Numbered from the stretch's first letter, positions 40,983-51,160 are shown. The stretch: 64,000 bases of DNA from Candidatus Hydrogenedentota bacterium (GCA_034669905.1 JAXMOL010000033.1:22960-86959), one strand, 5' to 3'. Notes: generated from the letters alone by a model not told the origin. A program made the numbers and translations.

Positions 40983-41020
40983 AAACAAAAAAAATGGCCA
41001 CGGGCGTGTAGCCCGTGGCC
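40983..41020 (-). terminator. Attenuator terminator upstream of leuA
   Basis: GGCCACGGGC-TACAC-GCCCGTGGCC followed by ATTTTTTTTGTTT on the minus strand. Confidence 0.9.
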
Positions 41021-41044
41021 TCTATACAAACCCCAGTGGGGTTG

Positions 41045-41143
41045 CTATCGAATAAGAATTCGAGGCACAACGGAGCTACGCTCCTCCAGCAGCAGGAGGA
41101 GTGGGAGACGTAGTTCCAGGCTATGCTTCGAATTGGTAAACAT
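41045..41143 (-). CDS. Leucine attenuator leader peptide MFTNSKHSLELRLPLLLLLEERSSVVPRILIR
   Basis: AAGGA RBS; 8 Leu in 11 codons; alternative hairpins and a terminator follow. Confidence 0.85.
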   Translation of the reverse strand: MFTNSKHSLELRLPLLLLLEERSSVVPRILIR

Positions 41144-41204
41144 GGTAAAAAATTCCTTGAGCCATAACTCTACCACAGGTTTTCCGGCATTGCAAACCGA
41201 TTTC

Positions 41205-41309
41205 GAATAGTGAATTGAGAATGATGAATTGAGAATGTGAGGGCGATTCAATCCCCCGGCCTTTCCGAAGGGGACGCCTACTCGTGAAAATTCGTATTCA
41301 TTCGTGGTT
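41205..41309. repeat. 7-nt-period GAAT-N3 x5 array plus 10-nt-period TCGT array
   Basis: gaatagt gaattga gaatgat gaattga gaatgtg (41205-41239); ctcgtg/ttcgta/ttcgtg at 41281, 41291, 41301. Confidence 0.65.
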
Positions 41310-41513
41310 CCCCCCAAAGAAACAGCCCGGCCCGCCATGGCCTACTTCCAAAAGCTAACGTTGGAATACCCGCGGCGCAAACCCTGAGAAAGCGCCGTCC
41401 ATCGTGCTACATTTTTTGGACACGAAACGTGGCGCGGGATTACAATGGAAGCGTCCTGACCGAGCGGCATCCGCACGCCGGCACACCCAAGTTACTGCCC
41501 GGAAAGAAGTACC

Positions 41514-44258
41514 ATGGCCCTTAAATTCACTGCTCTCCTCTTCGCCTTTCTTATTGGCGCCACCTCCCTTTTTTCAGCCCGTGCGACGGCGCTGGAGACC
41601 GCTGATTTGCGGTGTGAATACCGTCCGAATCCCCTGGGAATTGATACCGCGATTCCGCGCCTGAGTTGGAAGCTACGCAGCGAGGGTCGGGGCGTGACGC
41701 AACGGGCCTATCACATTCTCGTGGCCTCGTCGCAAGACCTGTTGGACAACAATCAGGGTGACCTCTGGGACAGTGGCAAGGTCGAAAGCGATCAGTCGGT
41801 GCACGTCGCGTATGCGGGCACGCCCCTCACCTCCCGTCAGTTCTGCTTCTGGAAGGTCCGTATCTGGAATCAGGACGACCAACCCAGCGCATGGAGTGAG
41901 GCCGCCCGCTGGACCATGGGCTTGTTGTCGCCCAATGACTGGTCGGCCGCGTGGATTGGCGTGGACTGGATGGAGGACAACGCGGGCGCCCTGCCCTGGC
42001 TACGCACTTCCGTCTCGCTGGAATCCGTCCCCGAGCGCGCCATGGCCTATGTCTGCGCCCTGGGGTATTACGAGCTCTACATCAATGGCCAGAAGGTGGA
42101 TGACCACGTGCTTTCGCCGGCCGTGAGTGACTACAGCAAGCGGGGGCTCTATTTGACCCATGATATTGCCCCTTACCTGAAGTCCGGCAAAAACAGTATC
42201 GCCATCTGGCTCGGCCGGGGCTGGTCGCGCCTCCTGCTGGAAAAGGCGTCGAAGAAGGCACCCTTCGTGCGCGCCCAATTCGAGCTGGGTACCCACACCG
42301 ACAAGCCGCTCATCGTCACGACCGACGCGAACTGGAAAGTGCACCCAAGCCCCATTACGCCGCTCGGTAAACTGCAGAGCGGGCAGTATGGCGGGGAGCG
42401 TTACGACAGCCGCCTGGAAATCTCCGACTGGGCCGCGACGGATTTTGACGATAGCAACTGGGACCATGCCGTCGTCTACACCCCGCCGACGCCGATCATG
42501 GCCGCCCAGATGTCCGAGCCCAACCGGGTCCTGGGCGAGGTTCCAGCCCAATCGGTAACGCGCCAGGAAGACGGAAGCTACCTGGTAGACATGGGGAAGA
42601 ACTTTGTGGGCTGGGTGACCTACCACTTCCCCGAAGGAGGGCCGGCAGGTTCGGAAGTTCACCTGGAATACGGCGACAAATTTCGCGACGATGGATCGCT
42701 TCAGTCCTACAGCCAGGTGGATGAATACGTATTTCGTGGTCCGGAAGCCCAGACCTTCAAAACCCGCTTCAACTACCATGCCTTCCGCTATATGATTGTG
42801 AAGGGTCTGGAGGCGGCGCCGAAGCCCAAGGACATCACGGGCTATTGGATATCCACCGATTACACCCCGACGTCCACCTTCACCAGCTCCAACCCGTTGC
42901 TGAACTGGATTTATGAAACTTCCAACTGGACCTACCGCTGCCTGACCCTCGGCAGCTACGTAGTGGACTGTCCCCACCGCGAGCGCCTGGGCTATGGCGG
43001 CGACTCGGGCACGTCGATGGAAATGGGCCTGACCAACTTCAACACCGCGCCCCTCTACAGCAAGTGGCTCGCCGACTGGCGCGATACCCAGGCCCCCGAT
43101 GGCGACCTGCCCCACACGGCACCCAGCGCCCAGATAGCGGGCGGCGGCCCCGCCTGGAGCGGCATCTGCATCACCATGCCGTGGCAGGTCTACCGCCAAT
43201 ATGGCGATACGCGCGTGTTGGAAGAGAACTACCCCACCATGAAGCGCTGGCTCGCCTTCGTGGAAACCAAGATGAAAGACGGTATCCTCGCGCCCTACTA
43301 CGGCGTGGGCTACACGAGTTTGGAGTGGTCTTTCCTGGGCGATTGGGTGTCGCCCAACCGCGGTCAGGGAGCGGGTAGCCGTGTGGACGACAACTCCACG
43401 CTCTTCTTTAATAACTGCTACTACGTGCACAACCTGCAGCTTGCGGCCCAGACGGCCACGGTGTTGGGCAAGACGGAAGACGCGGCAAACTACACCCGCC
43501 AGGCAGAGGCCCTGGCCGCACGCCTTCATGAACGTTTCCTCAATCCCGATGGCGTGACCTATGCCAACGGCGAACAGCCCTACCTGTCCATGCCCCTGCT
43601 CTTCAACATCACCCCGGAAGCCAAGCGTCCCGATGTAATGGCCGCCTTGCGCGAATCGATTCTGGTGAAAGAAAAAGGCCACCTGAATACCGGTATGCAC
43701 GGCACCTACTACATGATTCGCTACCTGACCGACACGGACCAAAATGATCTGGTCTATTCCATCGCGTCGAAGCGGACCTTCCCCAGCTGGGGCTTCATGC
43801 GCGAGAACGGCGCCACGACCATCTGGGAAGAATGGAACGGGGACAACTCCCACATTCACGACACCCTCATCTCCGTGGGTATGTGGTTTGTTCAGGGGCT
43901 GGCGGGCATTCTGCCAGACGAAGGGCACCCGGGTTTCAAACACTTCTTCATCCAACCCGCCCTCGTCGGCGACTTGACCCACGTATCCGGGACGCACGAC
44001 ACGATGTACGGCACCATCGAATCCCATTGGAAGCGCGAAGGCGACACGGCCACCTACACGGTTGTGGTTCCGCCCAACACCACGGCCACCATGATGATCC
44101 CCGGCGATGACCCGGGCGCGATAATGCTGGACGGCAAGCCCCTGGCCGAGAGCTCCCTGGTAAGTGCTGTGAACGTGGAGGCAGGGCGCGTACGTGGGAC
44201 CCTGGCTTCGGGTACCTACGAATTTACGGCCCCCGCGCCCCCGTTGGCCCAACCCTAG
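41514..44258 (+). CDS. Secreted alpha-L-rhamnosidase (GH78)
   Basis: LRCEY..NPLGID...PRLSW, DCPHRERLGYGGD, ENGATTIWEEW. Confidence 0.9.
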   Translation: MALKFTALLFAFLIGATSLFSARATALETADLRCEYRPNPLGIDTAIPRLSWKLRSEGRGVTQRAYHILVASSQDLLDNNQGDLWDSGKVESDQSVHVAYAGTPLTSRQFCFWKVRIWNQDDQPSAWSEAARWTMGLLSPNDWSAAWIGVDWMEDNAGALPWLRTSVSLESVPERAMAYVCALGYYELYINGQKVDDHVLSPAVSDYSKRGLYLTHDIAPYLKSGKNSIAIWLGRGWSRLLLEKASKKAPFVRAQFELGTHTDKPLIVTTDANWKVHPSPITPLGKLQSGQYGGERYDSRLEISDWAATDFDDSNWDHAVVYTPPTPIMAAQMSEPNRVLGEVPAQSVTRQEDGSYLVDMGKNFVGWVTYHFPEGGPAGSEVHLEYGDKFRDDGSLQSYSQVDEYVFRGPEAQTFKTRFNYHAFRYMIVKGLEAAPKPKDITGYWISTDYTPTSTFTSSNPLLNWIYETSNWTYRCLTLGSYVVDCPHRERLGYGGDSGTSMEMGLTNFNTAPLYSKWLADWRDTQAPDGDLPHTAPSAQIAGGGPAWSGICITMPWQVYRQYGDTRVLEENYPTMKRWLAFVETKMKDGILAPYYGVGYTSLEWSFLGDWVSPNRGQGAGSRVDDNSTLFFNNCYYVHNLQLAAQTATVLGKTEDAANYTRQAEALAARLHERFLNPDGVTYANGEQPYLSMPLLFNITPEAKRPDVMAALRESILVKEKGHLNTGMHGTYYMIRYLTDTDQNDLVYSIASKRTFPSWGFMRENGATTIWEEWNGDNSHIHDTLISVGMWFVQGLAGILPDEGHPGFKHFFIQPALVGDLTHVSGTHDTMYGTIESHWKREGDTATYTVVVPPNTTATMMIPGDDPGAIMLDGKPLAESSLVSAVNVEAGRVRGTLASGTYEFTAPAPPLAQP

Positions 44259-44270
44259 TCAAGCGTGCGT

Positions 44271-44328
44271 GGCCCCCTCTTCTCGAGTTGCCCTGTCGGG
44301 GCTATCGGGGAGAGGGGGCCATTTTTTT
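44271..44328 (+). terminator. Intrinsic terminator after the GH78 gene
   Basis: ggccccctct...agagggggcc stem followed by a T-run. Confidence 0.7.
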
Positions 44329-44374
44329 GTGTGTGGGGCAAAAGGAGACAGGGCGAAAACTCCGCTGCGGTGCG

Positions 44375-45154
44375 CTATAGCAGCAAGTCCGCAAAGCCGT
44401 CCCACAGGCTACTCTTCGCCAGGCGCATGATGAGGGCCCCCGCCAGAACGAGCCCCACATAGCCAATCATTAGCGGTTGACTTAATTTGCGCGTAAGGGC
44501 TCCGTGCAGCCCGACGAGAAAGAGGGCGACGACCAGCATGCTGAAGAAGGGACCGAAAATGGTCCCGAAAATCGTTTCGGCATAAAGGGATTTGATGGCG
44601 TCAATGCGGTCCATGGCGGCGGGCATGGTGATCAGGACGGCCAACAGCATCAGGGGACGGTGAAGCTCCGGCTGCCGCCGTTTCCAGACGCCGATGGCCA
44701 CGAGGGTGCCAAAGAGCGTGATGCTGATGAGGGGAATGGCCATGAATTGTCGGGGTGTCAGATCCCAAAGCAGCAAGTCGGGGGGATTGACCCGGGCCGA
44801 CGCAACACCCAACCAGAGTCCGAAAATGACGGCCGCTCCGGCGAGGCCCGCGCCGAGTTTTCCCAGCATCATGTGCACGTGACGCCTACCGGAAAGGATC
44901 AGCAGGGGCTGAATCGCAAACAACAGCATCCAGGCGGTCATGCTGATGCCGTGGAGGATAATCAACAGGCGTATGGGCGGGGTGAGTTCCCGGCCGGGGT
45001 AGGCCTTGCCGTGGAGATAGAACTGCTGGAATCCTAGAATCATCAACAGGAGTAACAAAAGGGCCGCCCCGGAATAAAAGTACCGTGCGAGATCTTGTGA
45101 CGTATGTCTCTCAGAGTGGGGCGGAGTGAGCGGTAATGCCTGGCTGGTGTTCAT
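44375..45154 (-). CDS. Hypothetical integral membrane protein
   Basis: About 7 hydrophobic segments; HG...W..L...Q..L...H..LG and H..LM patterns; AAGGA RBS. Confidence 0.7.
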   Translation of the reverse strand: MNTSQALPLTPPHSERHTSQDLARYFYSGAALLLLLLMILGFQQFYLHGKAYPGRELTPPIRLLIILHGISMTAWMLLFAIQPLLILSGRRHVHMMLGKLGAGLAGAAVIFGLWLGVASARVNPPDLLLWDLTPRQFMAIPLISITLFGTLVAIGVWKRRQPELHRPLMLLAVLITMPAAMDRIDAIKSLYAETIFGTIFGPFFSMLVVALFLVGLHGALTRKLSQPLMIGYVGLVLAGALIMRLAKSSLWDGFADLLL

Positions 45155-45455
45155 GGCGTGATTCCTTTTTTATCAGAATTCAATGCCCTTCTTTCACCCA
45201 ACAGTTTCACCCGGCACCAGCGAATTCACGACGCCCGTCCGGTCGAGGTGAAATGCCGAAACCTGTCCATGCGGCCTGGAGTTAAGATTCCGGCGGCAAA
45301 TCATATCGCTGCCGAATCCTGCGTGTCAACTCGATAGATAGCTGGGGTAGCACTGCTGTGGCAAGCTGATGAATCGGTGGGGCTATTCCTTCGTTATCCC
45401 CCGCGCCTTTCCCAAGGCGCCGCACCCCATTGGCGGCACCCCGAACGCCAGGCGT

Positions 45456-45540
45456 CGTCATACCCGCGAAGGCGGGAATCCAGTCGGTATGCACGGTTAT
45501 GTGGCCCCGTTCCTGGATCCCCGCCTTCGCGGGGATGACG
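45456..45540. repeat. REP-like doublet (same family as 38007-38092)
   Basis: cgtcatacccgcgaaggcgggaatccag ... ctggatccccgccttcgcggggatgacg. Confidence 0.85.
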
Positions 45541-45636
45541 GTCTTGGAATCTCTACGAAAAGACTAGAAATGGACGGATGCTAATGCGAATAGGAGCTTC
45601 GCAACAAGGCGAAGGTCGGTAGCGCGCAGCCCCCCG

Positions 45637-46391
45637 ACACACCATTCAAAGCCCACCTTTCCCAGGGCGACGCTTTGGAGTGTGGCAGCTTGCTGCCACT
45701 TTGCTAAGGGAGCTTGCTCCCGGCACGCGCACAGCAGGCTTCGCTCAAACAAATTGTCTGTTGGTACGCGCTCACCAGAACCGCCCCGAAGGGGCCCTAC
45801 AGCTCCCAGCCCTGGGCACCGCCCAGGGGACCAAGCGACCTCCCCTCCATTCGCCCTGAAAGGGCAACATCCCCTCGTGCAGTGCTACAGATCTTCAACC
45901 ACGAATGGACACGAATTAACACGAATACATAGGGGGTCGAAACGCTTTTCAGCTCGAAACGAGCGGTATAGTGTGGTCCAGGCGGGTATCCCCTGCCAGA
46001 AGGACAGGCTTCCCAGTCCACCTTCGCGCTTCGATGACCTGTCATAAAGGACCCGCCCACCAAAACGATGCCCAGCCCGGAACGGGCGACATACCGTAGC
46101 CCAGGCGCGAACGTAGTGAGCCCTGGGTCTGCGTCCCTCAAATCGAAGAGCCCCAGCGGGGCGGTATAGGTGGTGTTCACATGAGGGACGTCGTATTTCG
46201 TCTCGCGCCCACACACCATTCAAAACCCACCTTTCCCAAGACGCCGCTTTGGAGTGTGGCAGCTTGCTGCCACCTTATTCAGGGAGCTTGCTCCCGGCAC
46301 GCGCACAGCAGGCCTCGCTCAAACAAATTGTCTGTTGGTACGCGAACACCATAGTCGCCCCGAAGGGGCCTTACAGCTCCCAGCCTTGGGC
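45637..46391. repeat. Two about 181-bp imperfect direct repeats (45637-45817 and 46211-46391)
   Basis: Collinear at offset 574; shared core tttggagtgtggcagcttgctgccac...aaacaaattgtctgttggtacgcg. Confidence 0.85.
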
Positions 46392-46620
46392 TGTGGAACT
46401 GTGCAGGCCCTTCGGGCCGGAAACGCCGAAGCCCACGACATCCTGTAGCGCACCAACCTTTCAGCGAATCAGGTTCTGCGCAAAGCAAAGGCATTCCACC
46501 ATGGCGCTTCTGCTCGTGAAGATATCGGGCGGGCGACGTGTCAGGCCAGAGGCCTAACCCACTGATGGGCGCTACTCTTCGTCATTTTCTTATTCGTGTA
46601 AATTCGTGTCCATTCGTGGT
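45898..46620. repeat. Inverted pair of 10-nt-period CACGAAT x3 arrays
   Basis: 45898-45927 matches the reverse complement of 46591-46620 at 29/30. Confidence 0.85.
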
Positions 46621-46631
46621 CGCCCCTCCCC

Positions 46632-46665
46632 AAAAGAAAAAGCCCGGCGCGTGGCCGGGCTTTCT
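46632..46665 (-). terminator. Intrinsic terminator after thrS
   Basis: aaagcccggc-cacgc-gccgggcttt followed by a T-rich tail on the minus strand. Confidence 0.75.
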
Positions 46666-46689
46666 CGTGTTCCAATTCTATTGCTGCGC

Positions 46690-48513
46690 CTACCCCTCGA
46701 GCGGCAACTCCACATCGTCAAAATTATCCATCATCCGCTCGCCGCGTAAGCGCTCGAGCGCCAGGTGCGCGTCGCCGATTGCTACGGTCTTTTGCTGTTT
46801 GCTGCAGTAGCGGCGCCAGGTGATGGTGCGGTTTTCTTTTTCTTTGCCGCCGATGATCCACAGGTTGGGAATCTTGTGGGTGATGGCGTTGCGGATCTTC
46901 TTGTTGAAGCTCTCGTTGCTGTAGTCGATTTCGGCGCGGAAGAGGTTGGTGCGGAGGTCTTCGGCAATCTCTTCGGCGTAGTCGGCCACGTCGTCGTTCA
47001 CGGGGATGAGCTGGACCTGCAGGGGGGCCATCCAGGTGGGGAAGGCACCGCCGTAGAGTTCAATCAAGAAGCTGATCATGCGCTCGTGGGTGCTCAGGGG
47101 CGCGCGGTGGATGATGAAAGGCACCTTGCGCTCGCCGTCGGAGTCCACGTATTCGAGGCCAAAGCGCTCGGCCACCACGAAGTCGAGCTGGCAGGTGGAG
47201 ACCGTCTCTTCGCGGCCCATGAGGTTTTTCACCTGGATGTCGATCTTGGGTCCGTAGAAGGCGGCTTCGCCCTTTTCTTCTTCGTATTCCACGCCCAGGT
47301 TATTGAGCACCTCGCGGACGATGGCCTCGGTCTTGAGCCATTCGTCGGTCTTGCCCACGAATTTTTCGGACTCGGGGTCGTGGAGCGACAGGCGGACGCG
47401 GAAGCTGCCCATGCGCAGGTGGTTGTAGTAGTAGTCATACATGGACATGACCGAGCGGAATTCCTGCTCGACCTGTTCGGGCGTGCAATAGATGTGGGCA
47501 TCATTCATGCACATGGCGCGGACGCGCAAGAGTCCCGCGAGGGAGCCGTGCTTTTCATAGCGGTAGGTGTTGCCATATTCCGCGAGGCGGAGGGGCAGCT
47601 CGCGGTAGGAGCGGGGCCGTGCGCCGTAGATCTTGTGGTGGTGGGGGCAGTTCATGGGCCGCAGGTAATATTCGTCATGGTCATCCACCTGCATGGGGGG
47701 ATACATGTCCTCCGCATAATAGGGGAGGTGACCCGACTTGAGATAGAGCTCCTTGCGCGTGATGGCCGGGGTGCTGACCCGTTTGAAGCCCGCCTTGAAC
47801 TCTGTTTCCCGGGCCCAGTCTTCCAACTCATCACGGACCACCGAGCCGTTGGGCATCCACATGGGCAGGCCCACGCCCACTTCCTGGTCCATGAAGAAGA
47901 GGTCGAGCTCTTCGCCCAGTTTGCGGTGGTCCCGCTCCATGGCGAGTTTGCGGCGCTCTTCAAAGGCTTTCAGCTCGCCTTTACTCTCAAAGGCGAGGCC
48001 ATAGATGCGGGTGAGCATGGGGTTCTTTTCATCCCCGCGCCAATAGCTTCCCGAGATGCGGTCGAGCTTGAAACAGGCCTTGGGCACTTCGCCCGTGTGC
48101 TCCAGGTGGGGGCCTTCGCACATGTCGATGAAGGGTCCGTTGACATAAAAGCCCAGACCTTCATCACCCGCACGGCCCGATTCTACCAGCTCATTGGCAT
48201 ATTCGATTTTGTAGCTCTGGTCCGTCTCACTGAGCAGGGCCACGGCCTCGTCGAGGGTCTTATAGGACTGCTCAAAGGGCTGTTTCTGCTTGATGATGCG
48301 GCGCATGCCGTTTTCGATTTGTTCCAGATCGCGCTCGCCGATGGGGGTGTCGCCAAAGTCGAAATCGTAGTAAAAGCCAAATTCCACGGGGGGGCCAAAG
48401 GCCATCCGGGCGTCGGGACGGATTTCGAGCACGGCCTGGGCCATGATATGGGCCAGGGAGTGACGAATCTTGTAGATACGGCTCTGTTTCGGGTCTTCGT
48501 GGTTACTGCACAT
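46690..48513 (-). CDS. thrS: Threonine--tRNA ligase
   Basis: RHSLAH, D.CEGPH, RDHRKLG, LRPMNCPHH, AAFYGPKID, IHRAP. Confidence 0.97.
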   Translation of the reverse strand: MCSNHEDPKQSRIYKIRHSLAHIMAQAVLEIRPDARMAFGPPVEFGFYYDFDFGDTPIGERDLEQIENGMRRIIKQKQPFEQSYKTLDEAVALLSETDQSYKIEYANELVESGRAGDEGLGFYVNGPFIDMCEGPHLEHTGEVPKACFKLDRISGSYWRGDEKNPMLTRIYGLAFESKGELKAFEERRKLAMERDHRKLGEELDLFFMDQEVGVGLPMWMPNGSVVRDELEDWARETEFKAGFKRVSTPAITRKELYLKSGHLPYYAEDMYPPMQVDDHDEYYLRPMNCPHHHKIYGARPRSYRELPLRLAEYGNTYRYEKHGSLAGLLRVRAMCMNDAHIYCTPEQVEQEFRSVMSMYDYYYNHLRMGSFRVRLSLHDPESEKFVGKTDEWLKTEAIVREVLNNLGVEYEEEKGEAAFYGPKIDIQVKNLMGREETVSTCQLDFVVAERFGLEYVDSDGERKVPFIIHRAPLSTHERMISFLIELYGGAFPTWMAPLQVQLIPVNDDVADYAEEIAEDLRTNLFRAEIDYSNESFNKKIRNAITHKIPNLWIIGGKEKENRTITWRRYCSKQQKTVAIGDAHLALERLRGERMMDNFDDVELPLEG

Positions 48514-48729
48514 GGGTCAGCATCCTGTCGGGTAAATCGTGCACATTGCGGGGGGCGTCCGGCGAGGGGCCGGTCACGGGGCGCACCGCACGCGATAAAA
48601 AGGGCGTTTGGAAAGGCCGTAGAATAGCAATAATGCCTGTATTATGTCCATCGACTATGCGCAGTTTGAATGGAGAATGGAGAATTTAGAATAGAGAATA
48701 GTGATCTTGGCGGAAAGCACATATCTCCA

Positions 48730-49536
48730 TCACCCCATCGCCTGCCGTCGCGTACTGCGTATCAGGTATGCCCCAAAGACCGTACCCATCAACGCCATCA
48801 TGCAAGTGACCCGGAGGTCGATGTTGGGTACCGTATCACTGGCGCTCCAAAGGGCACGATGGCCGCCGACCCGTCCAATAGCCACGCTGAAATCATAGGC
48901 CAGACTCAGAACGGAGGCAATCACGAGAATACCGCCCACATCTCGACTCGGATTAAGTATCAGGCCAAGCGCCTTTCCAACCCCGTAGAAGAACAGCAGA
49001 ACACATAAGGTGGCCAAGAGTCTGTACGAGGCGGATGGCGTCAGAAGCGAGTGCGCCGCAGGTATCGATAGTAGTGGCACCAGAAGGACGGTAATCACCG
49101 TATAACAAAGTACCGTTCCAATTTGGTAGGTCAGGCGCGAGGACAGCCCCGTGTCCCGGAAAAATCGGCCGTTTCGCGGAAGGTAAAGCGCCACGCTTCC
49201 AAGTACAACAAGGATGCTATCGATCGGAAAGGTGTTCCAGTGGTCGAACCAGTCCAGCACGATACCTCGCAGTAGGTTAGACACCAGCACACCAACCACG
49301 CCGACCCGGGCCCAGGCCTTCCCCTTAAGCAATGCGACACAGCCGTATACCAGGAGAGTAGAAAGGATGACTTCGAGGCACCAGTTTACGTCGACGGCAC
49401 CACGGGACGTTCCGTTGTCTGGCATTAGAAGTGCGTAGAGCTTTTGAGCCAGACGCACGGCCCCTTCTGTCATACCGGCCCAACCCACTATCGAAATCGA
49501 AAGGGGCCTGACACGGGGGGGGACCGTCAATTTCAT
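48730..49536 (-). CDS. Hypothetical membrane protein flanked by 7-nt repeat arrays
   Basis: RP.SISIVGW N-terminus, L.G..WAR motif, several TM helices; codon usage looks less GC-biased than neighbours (by eye). Confidence 0.5.
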   Translation of the reverse strand: MKLTVPPRVRPLSISIVGWAGMTEGAVRLAQKLYALLMPDNGTSRGAVDVNWCLEVILSTLLVYGCVALLKGKAWARVGVVGVLVSNLLRGIVLDWFDHWNTFPIDSILVVLGSVALYLPRNGRFFRDTGLSSRLTYQIGTVLCYTVITVLLVPLLSIPAAHSLLTPSASYRLLATLCVLLFFYGVGKALGLILNPSRDVGGILVIASVLSLAYDFSVAIGRVGGHRALWSASDTVPNIDLRVTCMMALMGTVFGAYLIRSTRRQAMG

Positions 49537-49716
49537 TCTGTGTTCCCCTGTTCTTCTGCCAAAGGTCCATCGCACCGCGAAGATTGCCAAGCGTTGATAC
49601 GTCCTATCGACAGAATAGCAGCATTCGCGCCCGGGACTCCATCGGCCATACGCAGATTGAATTTAGAATCGTGAATTTAGCAATGCTGGATTCGAGTGGA
49701 AGCGGTCACCGCGGCA

Positions 49717-50862
49717 TTAAGACGTGGCTTCCTGGGGGATGGGCTGTCCTTTTGGGGTGTCGGATGCCGTATTGCGCTCGAAGAAGCGGTCCTTAAACTG
49801 AAGGAACCACTTCTCCATATACTCGTAGCTGAGCACGCTGACGAGGATGGTCAGGCCGAGGGCGAGGGGGATGCGGATGAGCTCGCTGGTATCGGGGAGG
49901 GTGGCGGTGATGACCATGATGATGCCAAAGTGGTAAACGTAGAGCCCGTAGCTGATGCGGCCCAGGTAGTCGAGCACCCTGTTTTCGAACACGAGGGGTA
50001 GAAATTTCCGGTCACGGATGTGAATCAGGGCGTGGGCGAAGACGAAGTTGAGGAGGGAATAGCCCCAGATGTGCTTGGCCGAATCCTTCATGAAGGGTCC
50101 GTAGCCCAGCTCGGTGGCCACAAAGGTGCCCGTCGTCATCCATGCCGTGCCCACACCAATGACATAGGCCAGCGCCAGGAGCACCCATACCGAATAGCCC
50201 GAGCCGCTCTTTCCAAAAAGCGCAAAGTAGCCCCCGATGGCGAAGGCATCGATATGAGAGAAGGGCAGGGTGTAGACCAGCAGGGCCTTGTCGGTGGTGA
50301 GGAAGGGAAGGGTCTGGGGCACGGCATCCAGGGCGATGATCCAACGGATGATGGGGCCTGCCACGATGAGTCCCATCAGGACGGCGCGCAGGTTCAGCCT
50401 TGGGATGAAAAAAAGTACGAGGGGCCATACCAGGTAGAACTGCTCTTCCACCGCCAGCGACCAGAAGTGGGTCAGGAGGCGCGTTTTTTCATAGTCCGCG
50501 AAGCCGTGGGCAAAGTCGATGAGGAAGAGGGAGGCCAGGGGGACCTGGTCCAGGAAGGCTTCCACCTGGTAACGCGACGGGAATTCGTCCCATTGGAGCG
50601 CGATGAGGGCCAACAGGGAGACGAGGAAGAGATAGAAATAGTAGAGCGGAAAAATGCGCAGGGCGCGGCGGCCATAGAAGCGCCGGAAGAAGCCACCCGC
50701 GTCAAAATTTTCCCGCATGTCGACGAGGATAGGGGTGAGTAGGAACCCGGAGAGCACGAAAAAGGCCATAACACCGAGGTAGCCCGCGTGGAGCTTGTAG
50801 ACATGGAAGAGAAAGACGGCCAGAAACGCAAAGGCCCGAAAGGCGTTCAATCCAGGATACAT
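49717..50862 (-). CDS. Acyltransferase family 3 (OafA-like O-acyltransferase)
   Basis: LNAFRA, GV..FFVLSGFL, RRALRIFP, HFWSLAVEEQFY, LGRISYGLYVYH. Confidence 0.92.
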   Translation of the reverse strand: MYPGLNAFRAFAFLAVFLFHVYKLHAGYLGVMAFFVLSGFLLTPILVDMRENFDAGGFFRRFYGRRALRIFPLYYFYLFLVSLLALIALQWDEFPSRYQVEAFLDQVPLASLFLIDFAHGFADYEKTRLLTHFWSLAVEEQFYLVWPLVLFFIPRLNLRAVLMGLIVAGPIIRWIIALDAVPQTLPFLTTDKALLVYTLPFSHIDAFAIGGYFALFGKSGSGYSVWVLLALAYVIGVGTAWMTTGTFVATELGYGPFMKDSAKHIWGYSLLNFVFAHALIHIRDRKFLPLVFENRVLDYLGRISYGLYVYHFGIIMVITATLPDTSELIRIPLALGLTILVSVLSYEYMEKWFLQFKDRFFERNTASDTPKGQPIPQEATS

Positions 50863-51140
50863 AGGGTGTTCCTCCGGGCCGTCATGGCCCCCTCAATCGC
50901 CGCAGCGATGGCTTGCTCACCGCAAGTCGCCGCGGCATGGCGACGGTGCATGTGCAGACTCGGTGCCCCCGCCCGGGACGCCCTCATTCACGCTTCCCCT
51001 GTACCCGGCGTGTGTCACCCCAACTCAACGCGCCGCAGAAGCTGGGTAAACGGTAGCAGAGGCGTATTACAGTGTTCAAGAGGTGCGGGGGGCGGGGGGA
51101 GCCGCCACCGTGTTTCGGTGCACCGCTCCCGAGATAGATA

Positions 51141-51160
51141 TACTGGATAAATATTTAGTA
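51141..51160. promoter_or_regulatory. LexA/SOS-box-like palindrome upstream of uvrA
   Basis: TACTGGATAAATATTTAGTA resembles TACTG-N10-CAGTA with one core mismatch; AT-rich island about 105 nt before the ATG. Confidence 0.45.

Noticed and set aside
45282..46557. Small ORFs or an IS element in the repeat mosaic
   Set aside because: Translations reflect repeat sequence (for example WIPAFAGMT); no transposase motifs.
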